NCBI GenBank assembly: GCA_021513715.1
Contig: CP084167.1
Location: 2,112,001-2,176,000 of the forward strand
DNA length: 64,000 nucleotides
Direction of reading: 5' to 3'
DNA from: Candidatus Heimdallarchaeum endolithica
GTDB lineage: Archaea > Asgardarchaeota > Heimdallarchaeia > Heimdallarchaeales > Heimdallarchaeaceae
The position numbers were made by a program, and so were the translations under genes. Below the pieces are notes generated by a model that saw only the letters and a program-made list of their open reading frames with translations, was not told the origin of the DNA and searched no databases. Below are positions 19,261 through 29,055 of this stretch, in pieces. Within the stretch, counting starts at the first letter, position 1. Each line of letters opens with the position of its first letter.

Positions 19261-19915
19261 AAAGGAAAAAAGAATAAAGAAATCTAACACAGAAAGAAGA
19301 AATTTTCAAAAATAAAGATACAAAGGAAGTAAAAATACAAGAAAAAAGGAAAATAAGAAAGAAAAAAAGACAAAAAAAAAAGTCAGCTGACAAGAACTCT
19401 CCAAGTATCTGACGAACTGATACCTATTTGGTCGAACTAAGCTTGAGCGATTAGTAGCAGTGGGCTAAACATCTCGCCGAAGCTCGACGCGCACACCCCT
19501 GCTCTATCTACCGGATCTTCTTTCCGTGCTCTCGTCTATACCAGTGGTTGCTGTCACCAGCCCCCATGAGGTACAGAATGGGAGACTCGTTTCGAGAGAC
19601 GCTTCGAGCATAGATGCTTTCCGCTCTTATCGTCAAGGGCTTAGCTACTCGGCGATGCCCTGGAGGACAACCGATACACCAGAGGCCCCAACTAGATGTT
19701 CCTCTCGTACTAATCGAATTTTACTCTCAATCTCCCGCCAGCACCATCAGATAGAATCCAACCTGTCTCACAACGGTCTAAACCCAGCTCACGTTCCCTT
19801 TTAATGGGCGAACAACCCCACTCTTGGAAGCTGAATCACCTCCAAGCTAGGAAGAGCCGACATCGAGGTAGCAAGCCGTGAGGTCGATGTGAACTCTTAC
19901 CCACGACAACTCTGT

Positions 19916-20338
19916 TCAGGGCTACACTAGTCTTTTTTTTCGACTTTGGCTATTAGATTAGTTGTCAGCCTCGGCTTAAGGCAAGTTACCGATCTAATAA
20001 CCTCTTGACCTCACACTTTCAAAATGGCTCTTCATCTTTTCCAAGGGTCTTTTTTCTTGATGGTTAAGGCAGATGTTGGATCCGTTTCTATCTAATCCGC
20101 TCAAGTTTTCCTTTTTTTTGACCATTAGGCGAAAACTTGTAATTAAGTAATCCTCAATCGATAACTTTTTTTTGCGGTATATTATTCATTCGGGTAAAAT
20201 TTGACCCACCTTAGCTTTATTCTTTAAATCAGTTTCATTTTTTCGTGCCCTTGAAAAGATAAAGTTTGTGCAATTCTTTGCAGGAAAAGTTCCTTTCTTT
20301 TGTCTAGCCACTTTGATAGTGTGCCATCAAAGTGTAGT
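19916..20338 (-). other. ORF-less BHB-type intron (423 nt) in 23S rRNA at about E. coli 2450/2451
   Basis: Removal restores GGGGTA|ACAGAG. GGGG/CCCU helix with UAA and GAA bulges; intron stem CUACACU/AGUGUAG. Confidence 0.85.
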
Positions 20339-20983
20339 TACCCCTGAGGTAACTTTTCCGCCACCTCCGCCGCCTACTATGGGCAATGCGAAGGATCGCT
20401 AGGCCCTGCGTTAACATCTGCGAACCTTCTCTATCAGTTCACAGTCAACCAAGCTTTTGCCCTTGCACTCTACACCGGATTTCTGTCCCGGTTGAGCTTG
20501 GCTTTGGGCCCTCTTGATATCTTTTCAAGAGGCTACCGCCCCAGTGAAACTGCCAGGCAGAGGGTGTCCCCCTCGCAAGAGGTGAGTCGTACCAATGCTC
20601 AAAGTCAGTATTTCACTTTCGGCTCCCCTACATCCCGGAGAATGTAGGATCGACGCCTCCTGACTATTCTATGTATGAACACCAATACAACAGCCTCTGA
20701 CAGCAGTAAAGCTCTACAGGGTCTTCTCTTCCCGATGGTGCATTCCAGACTGTTCGCTGGACTGTGGGTTCAGTAGGATTCAGGTGGAGACAGTGGGCAC
20801 CTCGTTGGTCCCTTCATGGACGTCTGTAATTAGCAGACAAGGCATTTGCCTACCTTAAGAAGCTCATAGTTAGCTCCGGCGTTTACTGGGTCTTAGCCTG
20901 GTTGTACCCAGGTTTCAATCACCAGCACCGGCCAGGATTCACAAACTGTACACAGGTTTTCACCCTTGCAGTTTGCTATGTTT

Positions 20984-21661
20984 TTTAACTAGAGGGAACG
21001 CGCCTCCAAACGATCAATTTTCTTTCAAAACCTTCTTTTTAAACTTTATACTCATCATTTTTTGCTTTATTAGTGCATTAATGCTTTTTTTACTATAAAT
21101 CTGAAGCCCTGATATGCTTCCAAATTTGTAGACATTACCAACAACTTCATAATTTTTCAAGAATTGCTCAAATCTCTTCAACAGATTTTCATTTGATGCG
21201 TATATCACAATTCTATCTGTTATTGTCCCATCAGCATCTAATAATCCTGAAATAAAGTTTATTTTTTCCTCTTTACTCAAACGATTAAAGAATTTGATGG
21301 GTTCTTCTCTTAATTTTTTGAATTGTATAAACAAATTTTTGTTATGCACTAATATTCTTGTTTTTAGTCCACCTGGACTTTTGTATTGGTATTCATGTAC
21401 TTTACTAAACCGCCCTAGGTATCCTCTGGCATATTTTAGTAAGTATGTGTTGCTTTCGATTTGGTCTATCCATACAGAGTATGATCTATTAGCTGGATTA
21501 TGATAACATGTTCCATCACCATATAGAAATCCTGCCAGATAGCCAAGCTTTTCTAGTTTTGTTGCTTCATACATGTTTCATTATTCTTATGTTATTGGAA
21601 TATTTAAAGTCCTTTGAAAGAAAACTGATCATTTGTAGGTTTGTTCGCCGCTCCCAACTAT
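20984..21661 (-). mobile_element. BHB-type intron (678 nt) in 23S rRNA at about E. coli 1784, carrying a homing endonuclease
   Basis: Removal restores CTGTTTAATAA|AAACATAGC. Canonical BHB (UAAU/GUUA helix, two AAA bulges) and long terminal stem. Confidence 0.9.
21014..21574 (-). CDS. Intron-encoded double-motif LAGLIDADG homing endonuclease
   Basis: YLAGFLYGDG and FISGLLDADG motifs, inside the intron. Confidence 0.92.
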   Translation of the reverse strand: MYEATKLEKLGYLAGFLYGDGTCYHNPANRSYSVWIDQIESNTYLLKYARGYLGRFSKVHEYQYKSPGGLKTRILVHNKNLFIQFKKLREEPIKFFNRLSKEEKINFISGLLDADGTITDRIVIYASNENLLKRFEQFLKNYEVVGNVYKFGSISGLQIYSKKSINALIKQKMMSIKFKKKVLKEN

Positions 21662-23699
21662 TTATTAAACAGTCGGGTGCCCCTTGTCACTGCGACCTGG
21701 GAAGGCATACACCTTTCCAGGCACCCCTTATACCCAAGATACGGGGCTAATTTGCCGAATTCCTTCACCTGATTTCTCCTAACACGCCTTAGCCTTCTCA
21801 GCTAGCCACACCTGTCACGGTTCTGGGTACGGTCGCGCATAATCGTTCTTCTTGCATTTTCATGGACTGTTGGGATTGATGGCAGCCAGCAACCGATGGC
21901 CAGCCTATTCATCCATTCTTCTGGTTCTCACCATAACGGTTCTCCCCAGAATTCGGGATTTAACTAGGATACGCTCCTAGGCCACCTACCCACCAGTGTC
22001 TGCTCAAAGCTTGTGTCACCACACCTATATGCGCGGTACAGGAATATGAACCTGTTTCCCTTTCGAGTGATTCGTATTAAGATCACCCTTAGGACCGACT
22101 AACCCTTGGCTGACGAACAGTGCCAAGGAACCCTTGGGCTTTCGGCGATGAGGATTCTCACCTCACTATGCTCCTACTACCGCCGAGATCTGCAAATCAA
22201 GCCGGTCCACTGGGAGTCACCCCCCAGCTTCAGCCCAACCTGATCGCCCGCCTACCCAAAACTCTTTTGAAGTTCGGGTTGGTATCGGGACCTGGTTTAG
22301 CCCCGTCCATTTTCTGAGCCCAACAACTCGATGAGTAAGCTGTTACGCTTTTTTTAACGGATAGCTGCTTCTAAGCTTACCGCCTCATTGTCTAAGCCGT
22401 TGGACGTCATTCAGTTTAACATTTAACCAGGATTTAGGGCCCTTAACCAACCTCTGGGTTGAACCCCTCGCGGCCATATCCCTTGCGGATACACGCCCGT
22501 CTGCCACCATCTACGGCGCATGCAAGTTCGGAGTTGGAAGGATTGGCGAGGATTTCACTCCCCGGGACAACCCGTCCGTAGCTCTACCTCACATGCAACC
22601 TCCGGTGACGCTATACTGTGGTTATACTTCGGCGGGAACAAGCTATCAGGAGTCTAGATTGGTCTTTTGCCACTACCCCCAGTTCAGAGGAACAAATTGC
22701 ATATTAGAAACCCTTCAGGCCTCCACGCTCCTTTCGAAGCGCTTCACCTTAACCAGGGGTAGATCGACTCCTTTCGTGTCTCAGACCCGTGACTTCACGC
22801 ACTTATCGTACGTCGCACCTGGCACATAAGTGCTGCGTGCAGGTCGCTTTCGCTACGCCACCACATACGTTTAGGCTCGCCACGAATCTGAACTCCTCGG
22901 CCCGTGTTTCTAGACGGAACGGATGACCCCGCTCCTCTCAACTCGTACTAACACCTCACGGTGAGTTCCTTCGCTGAGAATCTACGCTTTCGAGCCATCC
23001 ACGTCTGTTACCAAGCTGTTTCAGGGTCTTTTCACTCCCATATTTTGGATACTTTTCAACTTTTGCTCACGCTACTAGTGCGCTATCGGTCTGGGGGAAT
23101 ATTTAGGTTTGGGACATAGTTTTCCCATATTTGCGCGACAAATCCAAGCCACGCTAGTCTTGATACTGCAAGGCCGAGCGCTTACGTCTACGGGGCTTTT
23201 ACCCTCTATAGCGCAATGTTCCACATTGTCTTCGACTTAACGCTGACGGTCCAGAACGCAGTCAAAAACACCACATATACCCTAATCTTTCGAAAAGGGA
23301 ATTCGGTTTGACCTGTTCCGCTTTCACTCGCCGTTACTAACGGAATCACAATTGTTTTCTTTTCCTGTGGGTACTTGGATGTTTCGGTTCCCCACGTTCC
23401 CCACCATTACTGGTTGACACAACTTATTAGACTGTGTCAGGATACCCATTCGGTGACCCTCGGATCGTAGACTGTTTGCGTCTCCCCGAGGACTTTCGCG
23501 GCTTACCACGACCTTCATCGGTTCCCCAGCCAAGTCATCCACAGCTTGGCGTAGGCATAGTTCGATTACTTTAGATATCAGTTTTCGCCTATTTGGAGAG
23601 TTCTTGTCAGCTGACTGGTTTTTTACTTAACTTACCAGTTCTTGGAGTTGATAATCATCATGTTTTTCATGATTTTTTAGTGTTTTTTCTTGACTTTCT

Positions 23700-23716
23700 T
23701 CCCTTTATATAATTAT
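23700..23716 (-). promoter_or_regulatory. Putative 23S rRNA promoter TATA box
   Basis: TTATATAAA on the minus strand about 90 bp upstream of the processing stem. Confidence 0.45.
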
Positions 23717-23903
23717 CGTTCACTCACATTTTCTATTTTTGTGAGTTGTTAAGAGAATGTTTTTTCAATAATAAAGCAGTTCTTGCTTTTCTTGCCGGTT
23801 AAGGCATTTCACAACAGTTTTCTGTGGATTTTTTCCACAATAACTACTTTTTTTGTCGTTAATAAAAACTTATTGATTATTGATTCAGTTTTATTTCCGA
23901 TAG

Positions 23904-24368
23904 AAAGAGAGTTCATATTTTCATGAAATAGAAAAACGAATACTTTCTGATTCAGAGCTCCATTATTTCACATATGCTGGCACCTATATAACGGATATAC
24001 TTGATACTTTTGTGGATTATGAATACAGTACCAATGACTGTCCAGATAATGGGGATGACCCTGAATGGGAACTTCATGTTAATCATCTAGATGATAACAT
24101 AAACTTTGAGCAGGAACACTATGTTACTTCATATTGGGATGGATTAACTGCATTGAGCGTGCGAACTTATTCAAATTCACATTAGTTTACTTCAGAAGTT
24201 GATGAACTTACTGGCAGTTTTTTGGATTACGACCATCTTTTACGCCAAACGTTTACCTTTACAATGACTCAAGGTTCATCTGGAGGAAGTGGAGGAAACG
24301 GGACGCTTTTAATACGTTCTCTAAATGTGCCTCTCTCCTTCCACAGTTCGTCAAATTGTCAACAATAG
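23904..24368 (+). pseudogene. Start-less, stop-interrupted remnant of an acidic, possibly secreted protein
   Basis: One frame reads ...HYFTYAGTYITDILDTFVDYEYSTNDCPDNGDDPEWELH...SNSH*FTSEVDEL...QGSSGGSGGNG, with in-frame TAG at 24183-24185. Confidence 0.45.
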
Positions 24369-24617
24369 AGTTACTTAGATTTAATGACAGATTAACCATA
24401 AAGCAGGTTTCTTCTACTCAATTCAAAATAATTAACAAATTTAAGTTCCTAGATATGCAGAATAGACAAAATTTTAATAAATAGTCCTACTCTCTTTTAA
24501 TGAAAAAAGTAAAACATAATACATTTAATTGTGCATCCATTTATGTAGAGAAATAGTTGATAATCCATGGCTACCGACCATATACTATAGTGTATTTAGG
24601 ATTTCTGGAGGTAAAAA

Positions 24618-25094
24618 ATGGATACGAAATACTTTAATAAAGCAAAACAGAACTTCAGCAAACAACACACTATCATTCAACATTTTAGATGGTTTGTTAT
24701 ATTTTTTGCCACAAGTTTTTGCTCATTATTACTCTTATTTATTCTATTTGCTAGCCTTGAAGAAGCATATGATTCCGTTGAAGATTTCTTCAAATATAAT
24801 TCTTGGATCTTTTGGCCATCTTTAATTGCATTTTCGCTTTTGACTGCAACGATAGTTATTCTGCTATTGTGGAAAGGATATCTGAACATGAAACACACCT
24901 TGATATTTGTCAGTGTTGGTCTATGTTATCTTCTTTTAGGTTTAATAATTTTCCTTATATTTGAAGGTAATTTGTTGCGCACGAATGCTCAAATAGAGAC
25001 TATCATACTTATAGTTATTGATTTGTGTTCAGTTATTCTTGCTTTCCTAACTACTTTTGCAATTCAATTTTTTGGGAGAAGAAACAAAAAATGA
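24618..25094 (+). CDS. Four-TM membrane protein, hypothetical
   Basis: GGAGGT ribosome-binding site upstream; four hydrophobic helices. Confidence 0.75.
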   Translation: MDTKYFNKAKQNFSKQHTIIQHFRWFVIFFATSFCSLLLLFILFASLEEAYDSVEDFFKYNSWIFWPSLIAFSLLTATIVILLLWKGYLNMKHTLIFVSVGLCYLLLGLIIFLIFEGNLLRTNAQIETIILIVIDLCSVILAFLTTFAIQFFGRRNKK

Positions 25095-25706
25095 TTTTTC
25101 TACTTTTTTCTAACCACTCTATTTTTCGCTTGATAAAATTGAATCTTCGATTTTTCAGCAAAAATTTAAACGTATGCCCTGTTTCTTTTATTTAATGCGA
25201 ATATGTACTCTTGGAGCGGGTTTTGTGATGCTTTTTTTATACTAAAATGTTCTAATATTACTATTTTATTGGCATTTAAGGTCAATCGAATACATTTCAA
25301 GTTGGATGATTTTAGATGTTAAACATCCATTACGAATTTCGTTCTGACCTAGTTAAGCTTTGTCAAGTGAAAACTGCTCGAAATCTTTGAATTTATCAAG
25401 AATCAAAGATTCTTTATTAAATCAGAGATATTAGAGCGTTTTAAATGAATAGAGCAACGTTAGACCTTCACCTTACATTACTAGAAAAACTAAACTAATC
25501 AAGATAATTAATGTAACCATTAACAATAGAAAATATGCTCTTGTTTTTCCTTCAGAAACTTCTCAATTGTGCTTGACCCACTCGAAACCACAAAAATGAT
25601 CAATTTTGTACCTTCACAAATCAACTTACTTATACATTTTTGGTCGCGATTTTGCTTCTCTGTTGCTTATGGTTATTCTTTTATACAATTATTCGTTCTT
25701 TTCTTT

Positions 25707-27299
25707 ATGCTTGAGATTCTTTCCTCTGATCTTCACTCCAGAATAACTTTTTTTGAAGTTAACAATAAGAAAATTTTAACTCCTACACTTGTTCCTGTCG
25801 TTGATCCCAGGGATAATATCATCACACCTCATGAAATGAAACACACATTTGGCTTTAATTTTCTTATTACTAGCTCTTATTTGTATTTGAAACGATACGG
25901 TATGCCCAACGTTCATTCCCCTCCGATTCATCAGACTTTGGACTTCGATGGCATTGTTATGATGGATAGTGGAGCATATCAAATTCTTGCTTATGGAGAC
26001 GTCTCTATTTCCCCTCTTCAATCTTTAGAGCTTCAATCATTAGTTCAAACAGATATTGGTGTTATACTTGATGTTCCCACTCCCCCCTCTGATAGTTTTG
26101 ATGAAGCCAAAAACAAAGTGGAACAAACAATTGAACGTATAGAATTGTCTTTAGATCATGTAAAAACACATGACAAAACTTTATGGACGCTCCCTATCCA
26201 AGGAGGAAAGAATGTGTCTCTTATTGATAATTATATTCAAAAAGTTAAGGAAAAGAATTATCTCGATTATTTCAGTTTTTATGCTCTAGGTAGTGTTGTT
26301 CCTATTATGGCTTCATATGATTACACTACTCTTTTCTCTATGATTCATCATGCACGAATTAACCTTCCTTATCACATTCCATTACACATTTTCGGTGCTG
26401 GTCATCCTATGATTTTCCCTTTTATTGTTGCTTTGGGAGGCGATACTTTTGATAGTGCAGCCTATATCCTCTTTGCTAAAGATAACCGTTACATGACTTC
26501 TACAGGTACACTTATTCTTGATAATATCCAAGAGTTTCCTTGTGATTGCGAGGTTTGTTCAAAATATACTCCTAAAGAATTAAGAGAGAGCCCACATAAT
26601 GAACGTATTCGTGCTCTTGCAGCTCACAATTTACATATTTCATCTACCGAAATCAAGTTAATTCGTGAAGCAATTCGTAATGGTAATTTATGGGAATTAC
26701 TTGAACAACGAGCTCTCAGCCATCCCAATCTTTACCAAGCTTTTCATGTTTTGACAGAACTTAGTAAAAAAGGTTTTTTTGATATCGGAACCCCTATCAC
26801 AAAAAGTGGAGGCTTAAAAATCTATAATCATCTTTCTTTTGCTCGACCTGAATTCAAAGTTATCAGAGAACGTATTCTAAAAAACCATCAGAAAAATAGT
26901 GAAAGCCTTTACATTTACTTACTTTCAGGAGAAAAAACACCTATTGAACTTTTTAATCTTAATCCAGAGCTAAAAGATAAACTAATTGAACATTTACCTT
27001 CTGCCGATGTATCTCTCTTTTTACCCTTTTTTGGTGTCTTTCCTTTTGAACTTCATGAAACTTACCCCTTCTCGCAATTTGTTTTTTCTAATGTCATTGA
27101 CTCTATCATCCTAGAAAAAGCCATAGAGATTACGACTAATTATATAATAAAAAAAGGATATAGTAAGATCATCATTCTTCCTGCAGAAAGAAAAGAAAAA
27201 CTCAATTTAATTAGGGATAAGCTTCAAGATAAATTACAAATGTTAGATAAAGTTGAACTAAACGTCTATACTTCTAATGAAAAAAGTGAGGAAGATTAA
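25707..27299 (+). CDS. tgtA: Archaeosine tRNA-guanine(15) transglycosylase (no C-terminal PUA domain evident)
   Basis: MMDSGAYQ, PIQGG, PLHIFGAGHP, DTFDSAAY, Zn site CDCEVC...HNL. Start moved to ATG 25707. Confidence 0.93.
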   Translation: MLEILSSDLHSRITFFEVNNKKILTPTLVPVVDPRDNIITPHEMKHTFGFNFLITSSYLYLKRYGMPNVHSPPIHQTLDFDGIVMMDSGAYQILAYGDVSISPLQSLELQSLVQTDIGVILDVPTPPSDSFDEAKNKVEQTIERIELSLDHVKTHDKTLWTLPIQGGKNVSLIDNYIQKVKEKNYLDYFSFYALGSVVPIMASYDYTTLFSMIHHARINLPYHIPLHIFGAGHPMIFPFIVALGGDTFDSAAYILFAKDNRYMTSTGTLILDNIQEFPCDCEVCSKYTPKELRESPHNERIRALAAHNLHISSTEIKLIREAIRNGNLWELLEQRALSHPNLYQAFHVLTELSKKGFFDIGTPITKSGGLKIYNHLSFARPEFKVIRERILKNHQKNSESLYIYLLSGEKTPIELFNLNPELKDKLIEHLPSADVSLFLPFFGVFPFELHETYPFSQFVFSNVIDSIILEKAIEITTNYIIKKGYSKIIILPAERKEKLNLIRDKLQDKLQMLDKVELNVYTSNEKSEED

Positions 27300-27851
27300 A
27301 TGATAGACAAAGTTAGAGAACTATTAAAGCAAATTGATAATTTAGTCACCTATGAACATAGTCGACTAGAAGATGAGATTGATTCATTAAAAAAACAACT
27401 GAGTGAAATAAACGAGTTTGACATTGAATATGACAACTTAAAAAAAGAAGCAAAAAAAATAGCTGACGAGAATAAAGAACTAAAAAACGATAATAAAAAA
27501 TTGGTTAATGAAGTTCAACAATTAAAAGATTTCAAAAACAAATATGAAAAATTAGAAGACGAATTTAAGAAAAAGACTATGCTTCTGTCTGGTTTGAAAT
27601 TCACCCTAAAAGTCATTACTACTTGGATTCCAAGTCAAAAAGAGAATATTTCTGTTCTTCTTGCTTTAGCTTCATCAGATAATTATTCTTCCAATTATGA
27701 TAAACTCAGTGAGAAAACTAAAATACCTGTTGTCACTTTGAAAAATCGTGTTGTTCCTCTTTTAAAAGAAAAAAATCTTGTAATTGAAACTCAAAACGTT
27801 ATTACTTTAAATTTAGACGCATTAGATGACGTTACAGAAGAGATTTTTTAG
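27300..27851 (+). CDS. Coiled-coil protein with possible C-terminal winged HTH
   Basis: Heptad-rich N-terminus; LSEKTKIPVVTLKNRVVPLLKEKNLV. Confidence 0.65.
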   Translation: MIDKVRELLKQIDNLVTYEHSRLEDEIDSLKKQLSEINEFDIEYDNLKKEAKKIADENKELKNDNKKLVNEVQQLKDFKNKYEKLEDEFKKKTMLLSGLKFTLKVITTWIPSQKENISVLLALASSDNYSSNYDKLSEKTKIPVVTLKNRVVPLLKEKNLVIETQNVITLNLDALDDVTEEIF

Positions 27852-27914
27852 TTAGCATTGAAATTTGCAATAATACAGTAGAAAATTTATTAATTCTCTT
27901 TTACAAATATCCTT

Positions 27915-28328
27915 ATGCGCGATACAGAAAAAAATATCCAAGAACTAATTATTAAAGCAAAAGAAGTTTCATTGCAAGCATATGCCCCTTATAGTAATTT
28001 TCGTGTAGGAGCAGCTTTACTTACAGCTTCAGGAAAAATATACACTGGTTGCAATGTTGAATTTTCTGACTATCTTGCTTTACATGCAGAGTTAAATGCG
28101 ATTGGAGCTGCTGTAAAAAATGGAGAAAGAAATTTTGATTCAATTTTAATTTATTCTTATTGTTCTCCTCCTGTCCTTCCTTGTGGCTCATGTAGACAAA
28201 AGCTTTTCGAATTTTCTCAACTCAATAAAAAAGATATTAAAATAATTGTTGTAAATGATAAAGGAGAAAAGAGTAAATATCTTTTAAGCGAATTACTTCC
28301 TTCAGGAAATATCCCTGTAGAAAAATGA
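27915..28328 (+). CDS. cdd: Cytidine deaminase
   Basis: AYAPYSNFRVGAALL, HAE, PCGSCRQ. Confidence 0.95.
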   Translation: MRDTEKNIQELIIKAKEVSLQAYAPYSNFRVGAALLTASGKIYTGCNVEFSDYLALHAELNAIGAAVKNGERNFDSILIYSYCSPPVLPCGSCRQKLFEFSQLNKKDIKIIVVNDKGEKSKYLLSELLPSGNIPVEK

Positions 28329-28387
28329 GGCTATTTTCCTCTATAGCTTAACTACAATATTTATTCTACCTTATTTCTAATTTTGAT

Positions 28388-28930
28388 CTATTGATTCTGA
28401 TTACCAAATAATTTATTATAAAGTCTCATGGAATTAGTTATGGTTTCAAAAGCTTCTTCTTTTGAACCCCAGCCTATAACTTCAGTATTTTTACCATATT
28501 CTAGACCTTTGTAGGTCCTAAAAAATTCTGCAATTTCAGCTAAGGTATGAGGATAGATATCTTTTAGTGTGTAAACATCATGATATAACGGGTCTCCACT
28601 TGCTACTGCTAGTATTTTATCATCTCTCCCTTTTTCATCACGCATCTTCAGAACACCTATGGGTCTAGCTGGAAGAACACACCCTGGGAAAGTAGGTTCT
28701 GTAATCAAAACCAAAATATCCAAAGCATCTCCATCTTCATAATACGTTCTAGGAATTAATCCATAGTCTCCTGGAAAATGTACAGATGAATGAAGAACAC
28801 GATCAAGCACTAGGTAACCTTCCTTTCTAAATTCATATTTATTTTTATTATTTTTTGGATTTTCTATAATGACGAATACCTCTTCTGGAGGATTCGGTCC
28901 AGTTTCTATTTTTTCCCATAAAGTTTTCAT
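28388..28930 (-). CDS. ppa: Inorganic pyrophosphatase (family I)
   Basis: LDRVL, YGLIPRT, DGDALD, DDKILAV. Confidence 0.96.
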   Translation of the reverse strand: MKTLWEKIETGPNPPEEVFVIIENPKNNKNKYEFRKEGYLVLDRVLHSSVHFPGDYGLIPRTYYEDGDALDILVLITEPTFPGCVLPARPIGVLKMRDEKGRDDKILAVASGDPLYHDVYTLKDIYPHTLAEIAEFFRTYKGLEYGKNTEVIGWGSKEEAFETITNSMRLYNKLFGNQNQ

Positions 28931-29055
28931 TAACCAAAAAGTATTAACTTACATTAAAAAATCTTTGATTTACACAATTTTTATTGATTCTTAAATCCCT
29001 AACAAAAAAATCTATTTAACTAGCTACAATTAGAAAGATAAAAATGGTAAGAAAA

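Larger units (their letters stand above)
19432..23565 (-). rRNA. rrl: 23S rRNA gene, unlinked from 16S/5S, with two introns
   Basis: Conserved segments: 5' GTGGATGACTTGGC..CCGATGAAGG, GACTGTTTAATAAAAACATAGC, PTC GGGGTAACAG, GAGCTGGGTTTAGACCG, sarcin-ricin AGTACGAGAGGAAC. Terminal helix TCGAACTA/TAGTTCGA. Ends are approximate. Confidence 0.97.
19381..23616 (-). repeat. 23S rRNA processing stem (24-bp perfect inverted repeat with a BHB-like motif)
   Basis: AGTCAGCTGACAAGAACTCTCCAA (19381-19404) pairs with 23593-23616. Further in, GCGA/UCGU forms a 4-bp helix with AAA and CAG bulges. Confidence 0.85.

Noticed and set aside
18963-19393. EEKRR-repeat and SSLLF-repeat ORFs
   Set aside because: Translations of the AAGAG microsatellite; no coding evidence.
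19526-23542. Short ORFs inside the 23S gene, other than the intron endonuclease
   Set aside because: Chance frames in rRNA sequence.
24183-24185. In-frame TAG as pyrrolysine or readthrough
   Set aside because: The frame also lacks a start, TAG is a normal stop elsewhere in the window, and no pyl genes are seen.
25569-25706. N-terminal extension of the TGT ORF
   Set aside because: Upstream start artefact; a TATA-like box precedes ATG 25707, where homology begins.
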